From Candidatus Latescibacterota bacterium (GTDB lineage: Bacteria > Latescibacterota > UBA2968): a stretch of 64,000 nt of DNA. The notes below the pieces were generated by a model. That model had not been told where the DNA came from and did no database searches. It saw nothing but the letters and a program-made list of their open reading frames with translations. How positions within the stretch are numbered: the stretch's first letter is position 1; each line of letters begins with the position of its first letter. This document shows, piece after piece, positions 18,837 to 28,319 of this stretch. The DNA is taken from the NCBI GenBank assembly GCA_965207885.1, contig OZ242311.1:6048001-6112000 (forward strand), written 5' to 3'. Both the position numbers and the translations under genes were made by a program.

Positions 18837-21224
18837 TCAATCCGAAAGGGGAAAAAGCGTTTCAAATATTTTGTCCGTTCGGTTTTGCCAACTCGCCCAA
18901 CCCGCGCCGTCGTTTACTTCGCCTCCAGTAAAGGTATAACCTCTCTTTTTTAGTAGTTGGGCAAACGATGCCGTGCTTTTGCCCAGATCATTTCCCTCCA
19001 TTGGGCTTCGCAAGTCGTATTTTCCCCAGTCCAGATAAATATCTATGGGCATTTGTTTTGTTGCCTGAAAGACCATGTCTGCATCTTTGGCTTCTGCGGT
19101 CTGATCCCAGGATAGGGATTGTATGCCTATTTTGCCAAATATGTCGGGATGTGTAAAGGTGGCGTAAAATGCCATAAATCCACCGTAAATTGTCCCGATA
19201 TTTGCACGACCTTCGCGGCTTTTGATCGTGCGATATGTCCGGTCAATGTAGGGTACGATCTCATTTGTAAAAATCCGATTGTACGCATCGCGGTTTGCCC
19301 CTACGTATTCTGCGTATCCTCCTCTGAAGAGAGAGGGGACAAAGACCGCGATTACGGGGCGCACGCGCTTGCCGATGATATTGTCCAGCGAGATATTCAT
19401 TTTTCCAAGGGACCACTGCCGGCGCGCAGCGTGAACATACACGACGGGGTATTGTTCGTTGCTTTTATCGTAACCCGGTGGGAGATAGATTTCTAAGTTG
19501 CGCTGTCTCCCAATTTCCGCACTTTCAAAACGCATGGTATCAATTTTGCCGTGAATACCGTCTCGTCGCGCTTTGAGATGGTCGGGAGTTTGCCAGCGCG
19601 GCATGCCGAAATAGGAAGCGCGGCCAAAGAAGAGGGTTCGAATCTGTCGCGGGTTGAGGGGGTCGGGGATGGATCGCTGTAAGTCCAGGGTGTAGCGATA
19701 GGTGATGCGGGCGTCGGGTTCGAGTTGTGCAGTGGAATAGAAGAAGTCCGTTCCCTCAATTCGGCGCATGGGGTGGTCGTATCGCCGCCCTACGTGGTCG
19801 CCGGTTATGGTGACGTCTTCGGCTTTGCCGCGATATACAAAATGCACGAGGTTCTCGCCTTCAAGGATTGGGAAGTTTTTCTGTTGTGCCATGAATTGAT
19901 CGATTTGCGTTTTTTTGTCTGTGGATTGTTTTACTTTTTCGACAAATTGTGCAAAGCGCGAGTTTGGCGCGATGTCTTCTGCGTCTGATTTTGCGATTTG
20001 TGTTTCTGGCACGACTTCAATACAGGCGATTTCCGACATGCTGCGCGCGTAAAACCTGCCATTGGCCAGGCTGGCATGCGTCCAGGCAATTTCGTCGAAG
20101 AGTTTCAAACGGGCTGTTTCGCGGTATCCCTCACCCGAAGCCTGCACGACGGCGAGGTCGCCTTCTTTTGTCATGATTACGAGGTGATTATCCACGATGA
20201 TGGGGAAGCCATCTCCCGGCTCGCGTGACCGCCATAAGCGGTTTCCGGTGTTTGTATCGATGCATGTGAGTATGCGACCGTTATATCCAAATAGAAATTT
20301 TGCGTTAAATACCGCATAGCTGTATGTTCCCCGAATGTGGCGCGTCCGCCAGATTTCCTCTGCGGCAAAGGTTTCGCTGTCGGCTCTCAAGCCGATTAGC
20401 ATGCCGCCGTTTTTCACAAAATATCGCCCTTCGCCAATCTCGACGGGATGCCCGCTGGTATGCCCCGCACCGGTCTGCCCGCGGTGTGCAAATTGCCACA
20501 GGATTTCACCGGTTTCGGGAGATAATCCCGCGAGATATTTGTTGCCGAAGAAGACGAGGTGTTTGCGGTTGTCAAAGGCGAATAGGCCAGGCGATTGGTA
20601 GTTGACCGAGTCGCTAAATGCCGACCAGATCAAGTCGCCTGATGCGGGATTATAAGCGGAGACTGCATGTGTTCCACCGGTTTGGACGATCAGGCGATTG
20701 TCGTGTAAAATTGGGGATGAGGTAAAGCCCCAAAATGGCACTGTGGCACGATGGGTTGCGACGAGGTCTATCGCCCAGAGTTCTTTTCCTGTATTCGCGT
20801 CGAGTGCGAATAATTTTCCCCGGGGTCCTAATGCGATGACTTTGTTTTCTGTCAATATCGGCGTTGATAGGGGACCGCTCTGCGAGCCGTAGTGACCGAG
20901 ATATGCGGTGCCGATTTTGTATTTCCATCGTTCTGATCCATCTTCTGTGTTGAGGCCGATGACGTAATCAAAGGTTTCATCGGAGTACATGGTTACAGCG
21001 AGGTCGCCGCGAATCGAGATGGATGAGTAGCCAGCGCCGAGGGGCTTTTTCCAGACGATTTTTAGGGCGTAGTTTTGATCGGGGGGGAAAACGCCTGCAT
21101 CGTTGACTCTAAAGTCTCTGTTGGGTCCGCCCCAGTTCGGCCAGTCCGCTTTCGCGTCTGCTGGTTGGCAGAAGAGCAAAATTAGAAGAAGTATTTTTGC
21201 GCGGTTGTTCATTGCTTTTCCCAT
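18837..21224 (-). CDS. Secreted PQQ-like beta-propeller + CBM48-like + enterochelin-esterase-like alpha/beta hydrolase fusion
   Basis: DWPNWGGP start, W-containing propeller blades, DPLNP, IYLPPGY; nucleophile elbow reads GTIYGG; start may be 21212. Confidence 0.85.
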   Translation of the reverse strand: MGKAMNNRAKILLLILLFCQPADAKADWPNWGGPNRDFRVNDAGVFPPDQNYALKIVWKKPLGAGYSSISIRGDLAVTMYSDETFDYVIGLNTEDGSERWKYKIGTAYLGHYGSQSGPLSTPILTENKVIALGPRGKLFALDANTGKELWAIDLVATHRATVPFWGFTSSPILHDNRLIVQTGGTHAVSAYNPASGDLIWSAFSDSVNYQSPGLFAFDNRKHLVFFGNKYLAGLSPETGEILWQFAHRGQTGAGHTSGHPVEIGEGRYFVKNGGMLIGLRADSETFAAEEIWRTRHIRGTYSYAVFNAKFLFGYNGRILTCIDTNTGNRLWRSREPGDGFPIIVDNHLVIMTKEGDLAVVQASGEGYRETARLKLFDEIAWTHASLANGRFYARSMSEIACIEVVPETQIAKSDAEDIAPNSRFAQFVEKVKQSTDKKTQIDQFMAQQKNFPILEGENLVHFVYRGKAEDVTITGDHVGRRYDHPMRRIEGTDFFYSTAQLEPDARITYRYTLDLQRSIPDPLNPRQIRTLFFGRASYFGMPRWQTPDHLKARRDGIHGKIDTMRFESAEIGRQRNLEIYLPPGYDKSNEQYPVVYVHAARRQWSLGKMNISLDNIIGKRVRPVIAVFVPSLFRGGYAEYVGANRDAYNRIFTNEIVPYIDRTYRTIKSREGRANIGTIYGGFMAFYATFTHPDIFGKIGIQSLSWDQTAEAKDADMVFQATKQMPIDIYLDWGKYDLRSPMEGNDLGKSTASFAQLLKKRGYTFTGGEVNDGAGWASWQNRTDKIFETLFPLSD

Positions 21225-21226
21225 CT

Positions 21227-21736
21227 CTATTTTTGTCGCCAGATTTCCCAGACGAGGTGTGAGAGTTCGGGTACGATGAGTTTTTCCATGGCGAGTTGCA
21301 CGGCGCCAGATGATCCCGGCATGCAGAAGATCATGGTGTCTTTGTACACGCCTGCTACGGCGCGAGAGAGCATGGCGCCCGAGCCGATGTCTTCCCAGGA
21401 GAGAAAGCGAAATACTTCGCCAAATCCATCGAGGCGTTTGTCGAGCAGGCTTGTGACGGCTTCATAGGTGGTGTCGCGCGCGGCAATGCCGGTGCCGCCA
21501 TTGGTGAGGATGACGTGGCATTCGCCTTTTTCGGCGATTTGTTTGATAAGCGCGCGTATCTGGTCGGCTTCGTCTTTGACTACGCGGTAAAACGCGATGC
21601 TGTGACCGGCGGCTTCGACCAGTTCTTTTATGATTTTGCCGCTTTTGTCATCGGCTTCGGTGCGCGTGTCGCTGATGGTGAGTACAGCACAGGTGACGGG
21701 GTCTTTGGCCTGTTCAATGTGATCTGTGTAAGGCAT
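21227..21736 (-). CDS. moaB: Molybdenum cofactor biosynthesis protein MoaB/MogA family
   Basis: LTISDTR, DKSG, NGGTG..RDTT, SRAVAG, PGS motifs. Confidence 0.9.
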   Translation of the reverse strand: MPYTDHIEQAKDPVTCAVLTISDTRTEADDKSGKIIKELVEAAGHSIAFYRVVKDEADQIRALIKQIAEKGECHVILTNGGTGIAARDTTYEAVTSLLDKRLDGFGEVFRFLSWEDIGSGAMLSRAVAGVYKDTMIFCMPGSSGAVQLAMEKLIVPELSHLVWEIWRQK

Positions 21737-21779
21737 GGGGAACTCCGGGATGAAAGCAGATGTGATAATATTATTAATT

Positions 21780-21805
21780 GTAGGGGCGACCCCCTGTGGT
21801 CGCCC
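21780..21805 (+). repeat. GTAG-type REP element
   Basis: GTAG followed by hairpin GGGCGACC-ccctgt-GGTCGCCC. Confidence 0.75.
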
Positions 21806-21811
21806 GATAGT

Positions 21812-22582
21812 TCAAGACAAACCCATGGCGCGGAGGTTGTCGTAGCTGATTTTGAGGCTGTCGAAGGGGTCGCGGTTGTAGCAGCGGTCCTGTTCGACGA
21901 TGTACCAGCGCGTGCCGGATTCGCGCCCGGCTTCAAAGATGGCGGGCCAGTTGAGGTTGCCTTCGCCAACTTCGGCAAAGCGGGTTTCGCGGCCTTCAAT
22001 GGCCATGTCTTTGACGTGGACGAGGTCTATGCGGGTGTTGGCTTTGCGGATCCATTCGGCGGGGTCGCCCCCTCCTGCCTGTACCCAGTACACGTCGATT
22101 TCGAGTTGTACTGCTTTGGGGTCTGTTTCTTGCAGGATGATTTCAAGGGCGGTGCGGTTGCCGAATTTTTGAAATTCAAAGTTGTGATTGTGATATGCAA
22201 AGGTCAGGCCCGCGTCGGCGAGTTTGTGGCCGACTTCGGAGGCGTCTTTGGCAAAGCGGATATATCCGGCTTCGCCGTCTTCCCGATAAGACGCGGGGAG
22301 GCTGCCGATGGCGGGGTATTTGCAGTTCCAGAGGTGGTGTTCGTCTATGACGGCTTGTGTGTCGTCGCGCATGCGGTCAAAGCCGGTGTGTGTAGCACAG
22401 ATTTCAATGTCGTTGTCATCGGCTATTTTTTTTAGTTCTGCGGGGTCAATGGGACCAAAGCCGGAGACTTGCATGGCGTCGTAACCAATGGCTTTTACTT
22501 TTTTTACGGATTCGACAATGTCTGAGATGGTTTTGGTGAAGTCGCGCACGGTGTACATTTGCGCGGCGATCATGGTTGGCAT
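21812..22582 (-). CDS. Sugar phosphate isomerase/epimerase (xylose-isomerase-like TIM barrel)
   Basis: QMYTVRD, YHNHNFEF, EIDVYW, HVKD, VEQD. Confidence 0.9.
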   Translation of the reverse strand: MPTMIAAQMYTVRDFTKTISDIVESVKKVKAIGYDAMQVSGFGPIDPAELKKIADDNDIEICATHTGFDRMRDDTQAVIDEHHLWNCKYPAIGSLPASYREDGEAGYIRFAKDASEVGHKLADAGLTFAYHNHNFEFQKFGNRTALEIILQETDPKAVQLEIDVYWVQAGGGDPAEWIRKANTRIDLVHVKDMAIEGRETRFAEVGEGNLNWPAIFEAGRESGTRWYIVEQDRCYNRDPFDSLKISYDNLRAMGLS

Positions 22583-22600
22583 TTTGGGCTCCTTGGATGG

Positions 22601-22630
22601 AAGTGTGAGGTGAAAAGTGTGAAGTGTGAA
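22601..22630 (+). repeat. Short heptamer tandem repeat
   Basis: AAGTGTG AGGTGAA AAGTGTG AAGTGTG in a divergent intergenic region. Confidence 0.6.
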
Positions 22631-22759
22631 AAATAATATAGACAGGGCATGGATGCCAGAATTTTATGGATGGGATTTTTCTGGATTGTTGCGGGGTGAA
22701 CGTTTATTTTACAATTGTTACCGTATGACGATTTGTTTATCACTGGCTGGGGAGAGATC

Positions 22760-25000
22760 ATGTCGAATATGAAGGCGTTGGCAGAAAGGCAAGGGGAGCG
22801 CAATGATGCGCTGTTGAAGGATACGCAGTTTCTCGGGGATGAGATCGCGTCCGATGTTCTGGGGCTGCATATTAATATTGCTGCGACGGAAGAGCTTGGA
22901 GAAGCGGAAGACCGGGCGTTGACGGCGTTGCAGATTGAGGGCGCGCGCACGGCGATTCGGGCGCTGTCATCGTTGGCTGAGATTGGGGAATTAGATCATT
23001 TGGGCGGGGGATTGGAGTTGATTCCGGGGTTGTTGATGACGCTGTCTGTGGCGGATTACGATACGCGTACTTATACGATTGAGCACGCGCATACGAGTGT
23101 CGGGTATTATTCGGCGTTGGCGGCGTTTGGTTTTGTGGCGGCAGAGGGCGTTGTCGAGAGGTTTCGGCGCGGGCTGGATTTTCCCGGGCACGTGGCATGG
23201 TTGCCGGGGGGAACACAGCTCAATGGTGGGCGTTTGGGGGTGATGATTCCGGTGGCTGTGGGGCTGGCTTTGGGCAAGAAGGCATTGTGTGACGATGCGT
23301 GGGTGATTGCCCATTGCGGGGATGCGGGGTGGATTTCAGGGCAGGGACTGAATGGGTTTAATGGGGCGAGTGTACACGGTGCGCCGATTACTTATGTGAT
23401 GCACCGTAATGGCATTCAGTTGTCGGGTAGTACGGCGAGTATTATGGATGTGGATCCGCGAAGTGCTATTTCGGCGATGGGTGTGGAGGTGCTGGAGGTT
23501 GCGTCGCTTCACGATAATGCCGCGCTTTATCGGGCTTACCGAGAGGGGTATGGTCTCGCGCAGCAGGGCAGACCGAGTCTGATTTATCCCACGGGGTTTT
23601 CCGGGGAGGATGTGACGCTGAGGACTTTTGGCGAGCGCTATGGGGTGACTGAGGCGGTGGAGGCGTTTGCCGCGCAACACGATGTGCCGATGGATAAGCA
23701 GGTGTGGATTCCGGGGTCGCTGATGAGTTTTCGGGATACAGAGCCGATGCTGGAGTGTTTGTTTTTGGTGAATGATTTACCGGGTGGAGAGAATCATCAC
23801 GATGGGAGTATGCAGGGGCGCGTTGAGGCAGAGGTGCTCGGTGGGGCGATGTTTGAGGCGACGGCTGATCAAGCAGGGGCGCTTGCAATGCTCCGGCAGA
23901 ATGGATCGCGCACGGTTATTACGAGGGCGCGGCCAGCACCCGGTAGTGCGAATTTGGAGATTCCGGCGAGGAAGGCAGCGGCGGCTGATTTGCCGACTGA
24001 GAAGGCGAGTCCGCGCGATGGTGCAGCGGCGGCTTATGCTCTGGTGGCTGAGGCGCATCCCGATCGCGTGTTTGTGGTGAGTTGCGATTTGGATCCTTCA
24101 ACGAAGTTGGCGGCTGCTCGGGCGCATTTGTCAGACGATCACCAGTTTGAGATGAGTATTGAGGAGCAAGCCGCGACGCTTATCGCCAATGGTCTGGCGA
24201 TGAGTTCGCACGAGCCGCAGCTCAATGTGGTTTCGACTTTTGCCGCGTTTTTTGAGGGGATTGCGCGCGAGGGGTTTGATATGTGGCAGTATCAGCGCAA
24301 TTTGAATGGGGTGAATGAGGGTATTAATGTGGTGTTTCATCTCTCTCATGTGGGCGCGTGTACAGGGCGCGATCACTTTTCGGGTTGGGGGCTTGACTGG
24401 ATTAATGTGGGGTTGACGTATTTGCCCTATTTGCACCGGTTTTACGCACCGGCAGATGCGCGTGTGGCGTTTTTGGCGGTGAAGGATATGGCGGCGCATT
24501 ACGGCGGGCATATTATTGGGGTGCCGCGCGATTCGGGTTTGCCGGTTTTGCAAAAGCAGGATGGGTCGGGATTTTTGTGGAATCCGGGGGAGGCGTGGGA
24601 GCCGATTACGACTTTCCGCAAATACGATGGGGCAAGGCATGCGATTCTGGGTTTTGGCGCGCCAGCTTTTTTGGGTGCGGAGGCTGCCGAGGTTTTGCTC
24701 GCGCAGGGCAAGCCAACAGATGTGTATGTGGTGAATGGGTTGCCATTGTCCGATGGGGCGTTGAATGAGGTGCTGGAGAATTACGAGGGTGTGGCGACGA
24801 TTGAAGATGGAAAGATTGGGACGCCTGAGACGGGTTTGCGCGGGTTTGCAGGGTTGGTGGGTTCGTCGTGCAACATTGCCCACGCGCATGTGGGGATTAC
24901 AGATCCGAGGATTGCACCGTCAGAAGGCCTCGAAGCGACCTGGGCACATTTTGGGATTACTACAGAGGCACTTGTTGAGGCGGTGGAGTCGTTGTCGTAA
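22760..25000 (+). CDS. Divergent single-chain transketolase-like ThDP enzyme
   Basis: DHLGGG, FPGH, GRLG, GDAG...HRNG ThDP-like motif, CDL..ST, IEEQ, TFAAF, C-terminal TIEDG. Confidence 0.8.
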   Translation: MSNMKALAERQGERNDALLKDTQFLGDEIASDVLGLHINIAATEELGEAEDRALTALQIEGARTAIRALSSLAEIGELDHLGGGLELIPGLLMTLSVADYDTRTYTIEHAHTSVGYYSALAAFGFVAAEGVVERFRRGLDFPGHVAWLPGGTQLNGGRLGVMIPVAVGLALGKKALCDDAWVIAHCGDAGWISGQGLNGFNGASVHGAPITYVMHRNGIQLSGSTASIMDVDPRSAISAMGVEVLEVASLHDNAALYRAYREGYGLAQQGRPSLIYPTGFSGEDVTLRTFGERYGVTEAVEAFAAQHDVPMDKQVWIPGSLMSFRDTEPMLECLFLVNDLPGGENHHDGSMQGRVEAEVLGGAMFEATADQAGALAMLRQNGSRTVITRARPAPGSANLEIPARKAAAADLPTEKASPRDGAAAAYALVAEAHPDRVFVVSCDLDPSTKLAAARAHLSDDHQFEMSIEEQAATLIANGLAMSSHEPQLNVVSTFAAFFEGIAREGFDMWQYQRNLNGVNEGINVVFHLSHVGACTGRDHFSGWGLDWINVGLTYLPYLHRFYAPADARVAFLAVKDMAAHYGGHIIGVPRDSGLPVLQKQDGSGFLWNPGEAWEPITTFRKYDGARHAILGFGAPAFLGAEAAEVLLAQGKPTDVYVVNGLPLSDGALNEVLENYEGVATIEDGKIGTPETGLRGFAGLVGSSCNIAHAHVGITDPRIAPSEGLEATWAHFGITTEALVEAVESLS

Positions 25001-25051
25001 ATATGCGAGAAACTGATGCGTAAACAGTGTCTGTCCGGGTATCAAAAATTC

Positions 25052-25134
25052 TGCTAATTATTTCGCACTCTTGCCTTGACAACGAGTTTTTAATTGGCTA
25101 TTTTTTTCAAATGTATGTGCTAATTATTTCGCAC
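25052..25134 (+). promoter_or_regulatory. Sigma70 promoter flanked by two identical 17 bp operator-like sites
   Basis: TGCTAATTATTTCGCAC at 25052-25068 and 25118-25134; TTGACA (25076-25081)-N17-TATTTT (25099-25104) between them. Confidence 0.75.
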
Positions 25135-25184
25135 AGCATCATTACATAGAAATGAATACGCTCGCATTTTCTGGAGGTATGCTC

Positions 25185-25871
25185 ATGTTTAAGTATGTCA
25201 GGACATTGATTTTCCTGCTTCTACCTGCCTATGTACACGCAGCGCCAACCGCATCAGATTGCGATTTCAATAACAGCGGCAAAGTGGATTTTGCCGATTT
25301 TATCGCATTTTCACAGGGGTATGGGACAACCCAGACCCGGTTTGACCTGAACGGAGATGGCACAGTCACCTTTCAGGACTTTGTCATTTTTGCCCAGTTC
25401 TACGGGCAGACCATCACACCCCCTCCGCCAACCACCGACGCTCCCATTGGCATTCGAGTTGGGATGCAAGCTCCCGACTTTACGCTGAGCACTCTTACTG
25501 GTGAGCGGTTCAATCTCTATGAACAGCGCGGCAAGCCCGTGTTCCTCAACTTCTGGGGAACCTGGTGTGGTCCCTGTGTTGCCGAAATGCCCGATATACA
25601 AAAGTTGCAAAATACTATGGGTGATTCTATCCAGATCGTCGGTATTGGCGTACGAGACACGCGCATCCAGGAGCTGCGTTTTATCAGAAGATATGGCTAT
25701 ACCTGGACTTTTGTTCTCGACTTGACAGGAGAAGCGCGCAATGTGTATGAGGTCTCGTCCTATCCCACCTCGCTGTTTTTGGACGCCAAAGGTGTGATTG
25801 TCCGCGTATTGCGCGGTTCTCGGAATTACGAAACGTTCTTGGAAGCGGCGCGACAGGCGATTAATAATTAA
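25185..25871 (+). CDS. Secreted dockerin-like (paired EF-hand) + TlpA-family thiol-disulfide oxidoreductase
   Basis: Signal peptide; DFNNSGKVDFADF...DLNGDGTVTFQDF; Pro/Thr linker; APDF, NFWGTWCGPC, YPT. Confidence 0.88.
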   Translation: MFKYVRTLIFLLLPAYVHAAPTASDCDFNNSGKVDFADFIAFSQGYGTTQTRFDLNGDGTVTFQDFVIFAQFYGQTITPPPPTTDAPIGIRVGMQAPDFTLSTLTGERFNLYEQRGKPVFLNFWGTWCGPCVAEMPDIQKLQNTMGDSIQIVGIGVRDTRIQELRFIRRYGYTWTFVLDLTGEARNVYEVSSYPTSLFLDAKGVIVRVLRGSRNYETFLEAARQAINN

Positions 25872-25907
25872 AGGCGGTTAGCTAATCTGTAGCTCATGGA
25901 GAAACCG

Positions 25908-28319
25908 ATGCGGAATATAGTTCTGTCAATTTTATCAACACTCGCCCTTCTGATGTCCCCCCTGTCTTTGTCGGCACAAAATACCTTTTCCCTCTCGCTG
26001 GATGTAAATGGTGCGGCGGGAGACCAGGCGGTCACGTCCCTCAATATGTCCACAGATCAGGTTATTGCTATTCAGATCTTCGGCACAGGTATTCAGAATG
26101 CGAACGGTCTTGCTGTGCGCTTTGAATACGACGCGAGTCAGATTGTGTATGCGGGCTTTGATGCCAGCGATGTCGTCTTGCCCAATGCTCAGGCACTCCC
26201 AGAGGAAGGTACAGGTTTTGTCGAAATTGGCATTGCATCTCTGGGTGGTCAAGCAACTGCCAATAGCGGTCTGGTAGGTACAGTTCGTTTTCGCACAACG
26301 GCTGGATTTTCAGGCACAGCGATTCGGTTGGTGCGTGCAGAACTAAGTCGGGGTGGGCAATTTGAGACTGTAACCATGGATGTGCGCGTTGCGTTACAGT
26401 TTCAAGCCGTTACGCCAGACTTTAATGGCGATAGTGTGGTTAATTTCGCCGACTTTTTGGCGTTTGCGGGTCAGTTTGGGGCACGTCAGGGCGATGGGCG
26501 ATATGAAGCGAAGTACGATCTGGACAGCGATGGCGCGGTTGGTTTTGGCGATTTTCTGCTCTTTAGCAGTAGCTTTGGCAAAGAGGTCTCTACGCCTAAC
26601 GATGGTGGCGGTGGAATGGAAACGCAGGTTACCATTCCGGATGCGAATCTGCGCACAGCAATCGAGTTCTCACTGGGTAAGGCGAGGGGTGCGTTGATCA
26701 GCAGGGCAGAGATGGCGAGTTTGACAAGCCTTGAGGCATCGAACTCGGATATTCGCGATTTAACTGGACTCGAATTTGCAACTGGTCTGACATCGCTGAA
26801 CCTTTCCGATAATCTCATCTCGGACCTCACACCTCTGTCGGGCTTAACCAACCTGTCAGTGCTGATTCTTTCCTATAATAGTATCTCGGACCTCACACCT
26901 CTATCGAGCTTAACCAACCTGACAACGCTGATCCTTTCCTATAATACCATCACAGATATCTCGCCGTTGTCGGGCTTGACCAACCTGTCAGTGCTGATTC
27001 TTTCCAGCAATTTATTCTCAGATATCTCGCCGTTGTCGGGCTTGACCAACCTGACATCGCTGAATCTTTCCTATAATAGTATCTCGGACCTCACACCTCT
27101 ATCGGGCTTAACCAACCTGTCAGTGCTGATCCTTTACGACGATACTATGATCAGGGACAGGTCCGTACTGTCGCGCCTGTCCAACCTGTCAGTAGCAGAT
27201 ATCCCAGATGCCAACTTGCGTACGGCGATTAAGATCGCTATGGGCAAGGCTTCAGATGCTCCGATCACCGATTTTGAGATGGCATTTTTGTCAGAGCTTG
27301 AGGCTCCGAACGCGAACATCAGGGATTTGACCGGGCTTGAGTTGGCAACCAGTCTGACGAGTTTGAACCTCGGCACGGAATTTGTGTCTCGTGTGGGTTA
27401 TGTTAATAGTAACCATATTTCCGATTTCTCGCGCTTATCGGGCTTGACCAACCTGACAAGGCTGGATCTTAGCGGCAATTCAATCTCAGACCTTTCAGCA
27501 CTATCGGATGCCATATCAGGCTTGATCAGGCTGGAACGGCTGTATCTTGACAACAACAGCATCTCGGATGTGTCTGCACTCTCAGGATTTACCAGGCTGG
27601 AACGGCTGATTCTTTACAACAACAGCATCTCGGACCTCTCGCCCCTGTCCGGCTTGACCAATCTGGAACAGCTGTATCTTGAAAACAACAGCATCTCGGA
27701 TGTGTCCCCACTGTCAGGTTTGACCAATCTGGCTTGGCTGGGGCTTTCCGCCAACAACATCTCGGATGTGTCCTCACTCTCAGGCTTGCCCAACCTGATA
27801 CGGCTGTTTCTTTACAACAACAGCATGTCGGATGTGTCCTCACTGTCCGGCTTGACCAGTCTGAGAACGCTGGATCTTGACAACAATAGCATCTCGAACA
27901 TCACACCTCTGTCAGGCTTGACCAGCCTGACATCACTGCTTCTTTCTCGGAACAATATCTCGGATATATCTGTGCTGTCCGGCTTGACCAATCTATTGTC
28001 GCTGACTCTTTTCAGAAACAACATCTCGGATATATCTGCCCTGTCTGACTTGACCAATCTGAGATCGCTGACTCTTTCCAGCAACAACATCTCGGATCTT
28101 TCGCCTTTGGTTGCAAATACTGGATTGGGCAGTGGAGATGTGGTTCGTGTGCAGAATAATCCGCTGAGTGCGACATCAATCAATACGCACATTCCAATCC
28201 TTCGGGACAGAGGGGTTGATGTGAGTTTTGGCGCGTCGAAGCCCGCGGTGGAGAAGGAAGAGCGAGGCATTTTCCGTGGAATGATGGAATCGTTGGAGAT
28301 TGAGGAAAGGGGGAACTGA
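25908..28319 (+). CDS. Secreted cohesin-like + dockerin-like + two internalin-type LRR blocks
   Basis: Signal peptide; beta-sandwich with RFEYD and GLVGTVRF; DFNGDSVVNFADF/DLDSDGAVGFGDF; IPDANLR caps; 22 aa LRRs (LxxLxLxxNxISDxxPLSGL). Confidence 0.88.
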   Translation: MRNIVLSILSTLALLMSPLSLSAQNTFSLSLDVNGAAGDQAVTSLNMSTDQVIAIQIFGTGIQNANGLAVRFEYDASQIVYAGFDASDVVLPNAQALPEEGTGFVEIGIASLGGQATANSGLVGTVRFRTTAGFSGTAIRLVRAELSRGGQFETVTMDVRVALQFQAVTPDFNGDSVVNFADFLAFAGQFGARQGDGRYEAKYDLDSDGAVGFGDFLLFSSSFGKEVSTPNDGGGGMETQVTIPDANLRTAIEFSLGKARGALISRAEMASLTSLEASNSDIRDLTGLEFATGLTSLNLSDNLISDLTPLSGLTNLSVLILSYNSISDLTPLSSLTNLTTLILSYNTITDISPLSGLTNLSVLILSSNLFSDISPLSGLTNLTSLNLSYNSISDLTPLSGLTNLSVLILYDDTMIRDRSVLSRLSNLSVADIPDANLRTAIKIAMGKASDAPITDFEMAFLSELEAPNANIRDLTGLELATSLTSLNLGTEFVSRVGYVNSNHISDFSRLSGLTNLTRLDLSGNSISDLSALSDAISGLIRLERLYLDNNSISDVSALSGFTRLERLILYNNSISDLSPLSGLTNLEQLYLENNSISDVSPLSGLTNLAWLGLSANNISDVSSLSGLPNLIRLFLYNNSMSDVSSLSGLTSLRTLDLDNNSISNITPLSGLTSLTSLLLSRNNISDISVLSGLTNLLSLTLFRNNISDISALSDLTNLRSLTLSSNNISDLSPLVANTGLGSGDVVRVQNNPLSATSINTHIPILRDRGVDVSFGASKPAVEKEERGIFRGMMESLEIEERGN

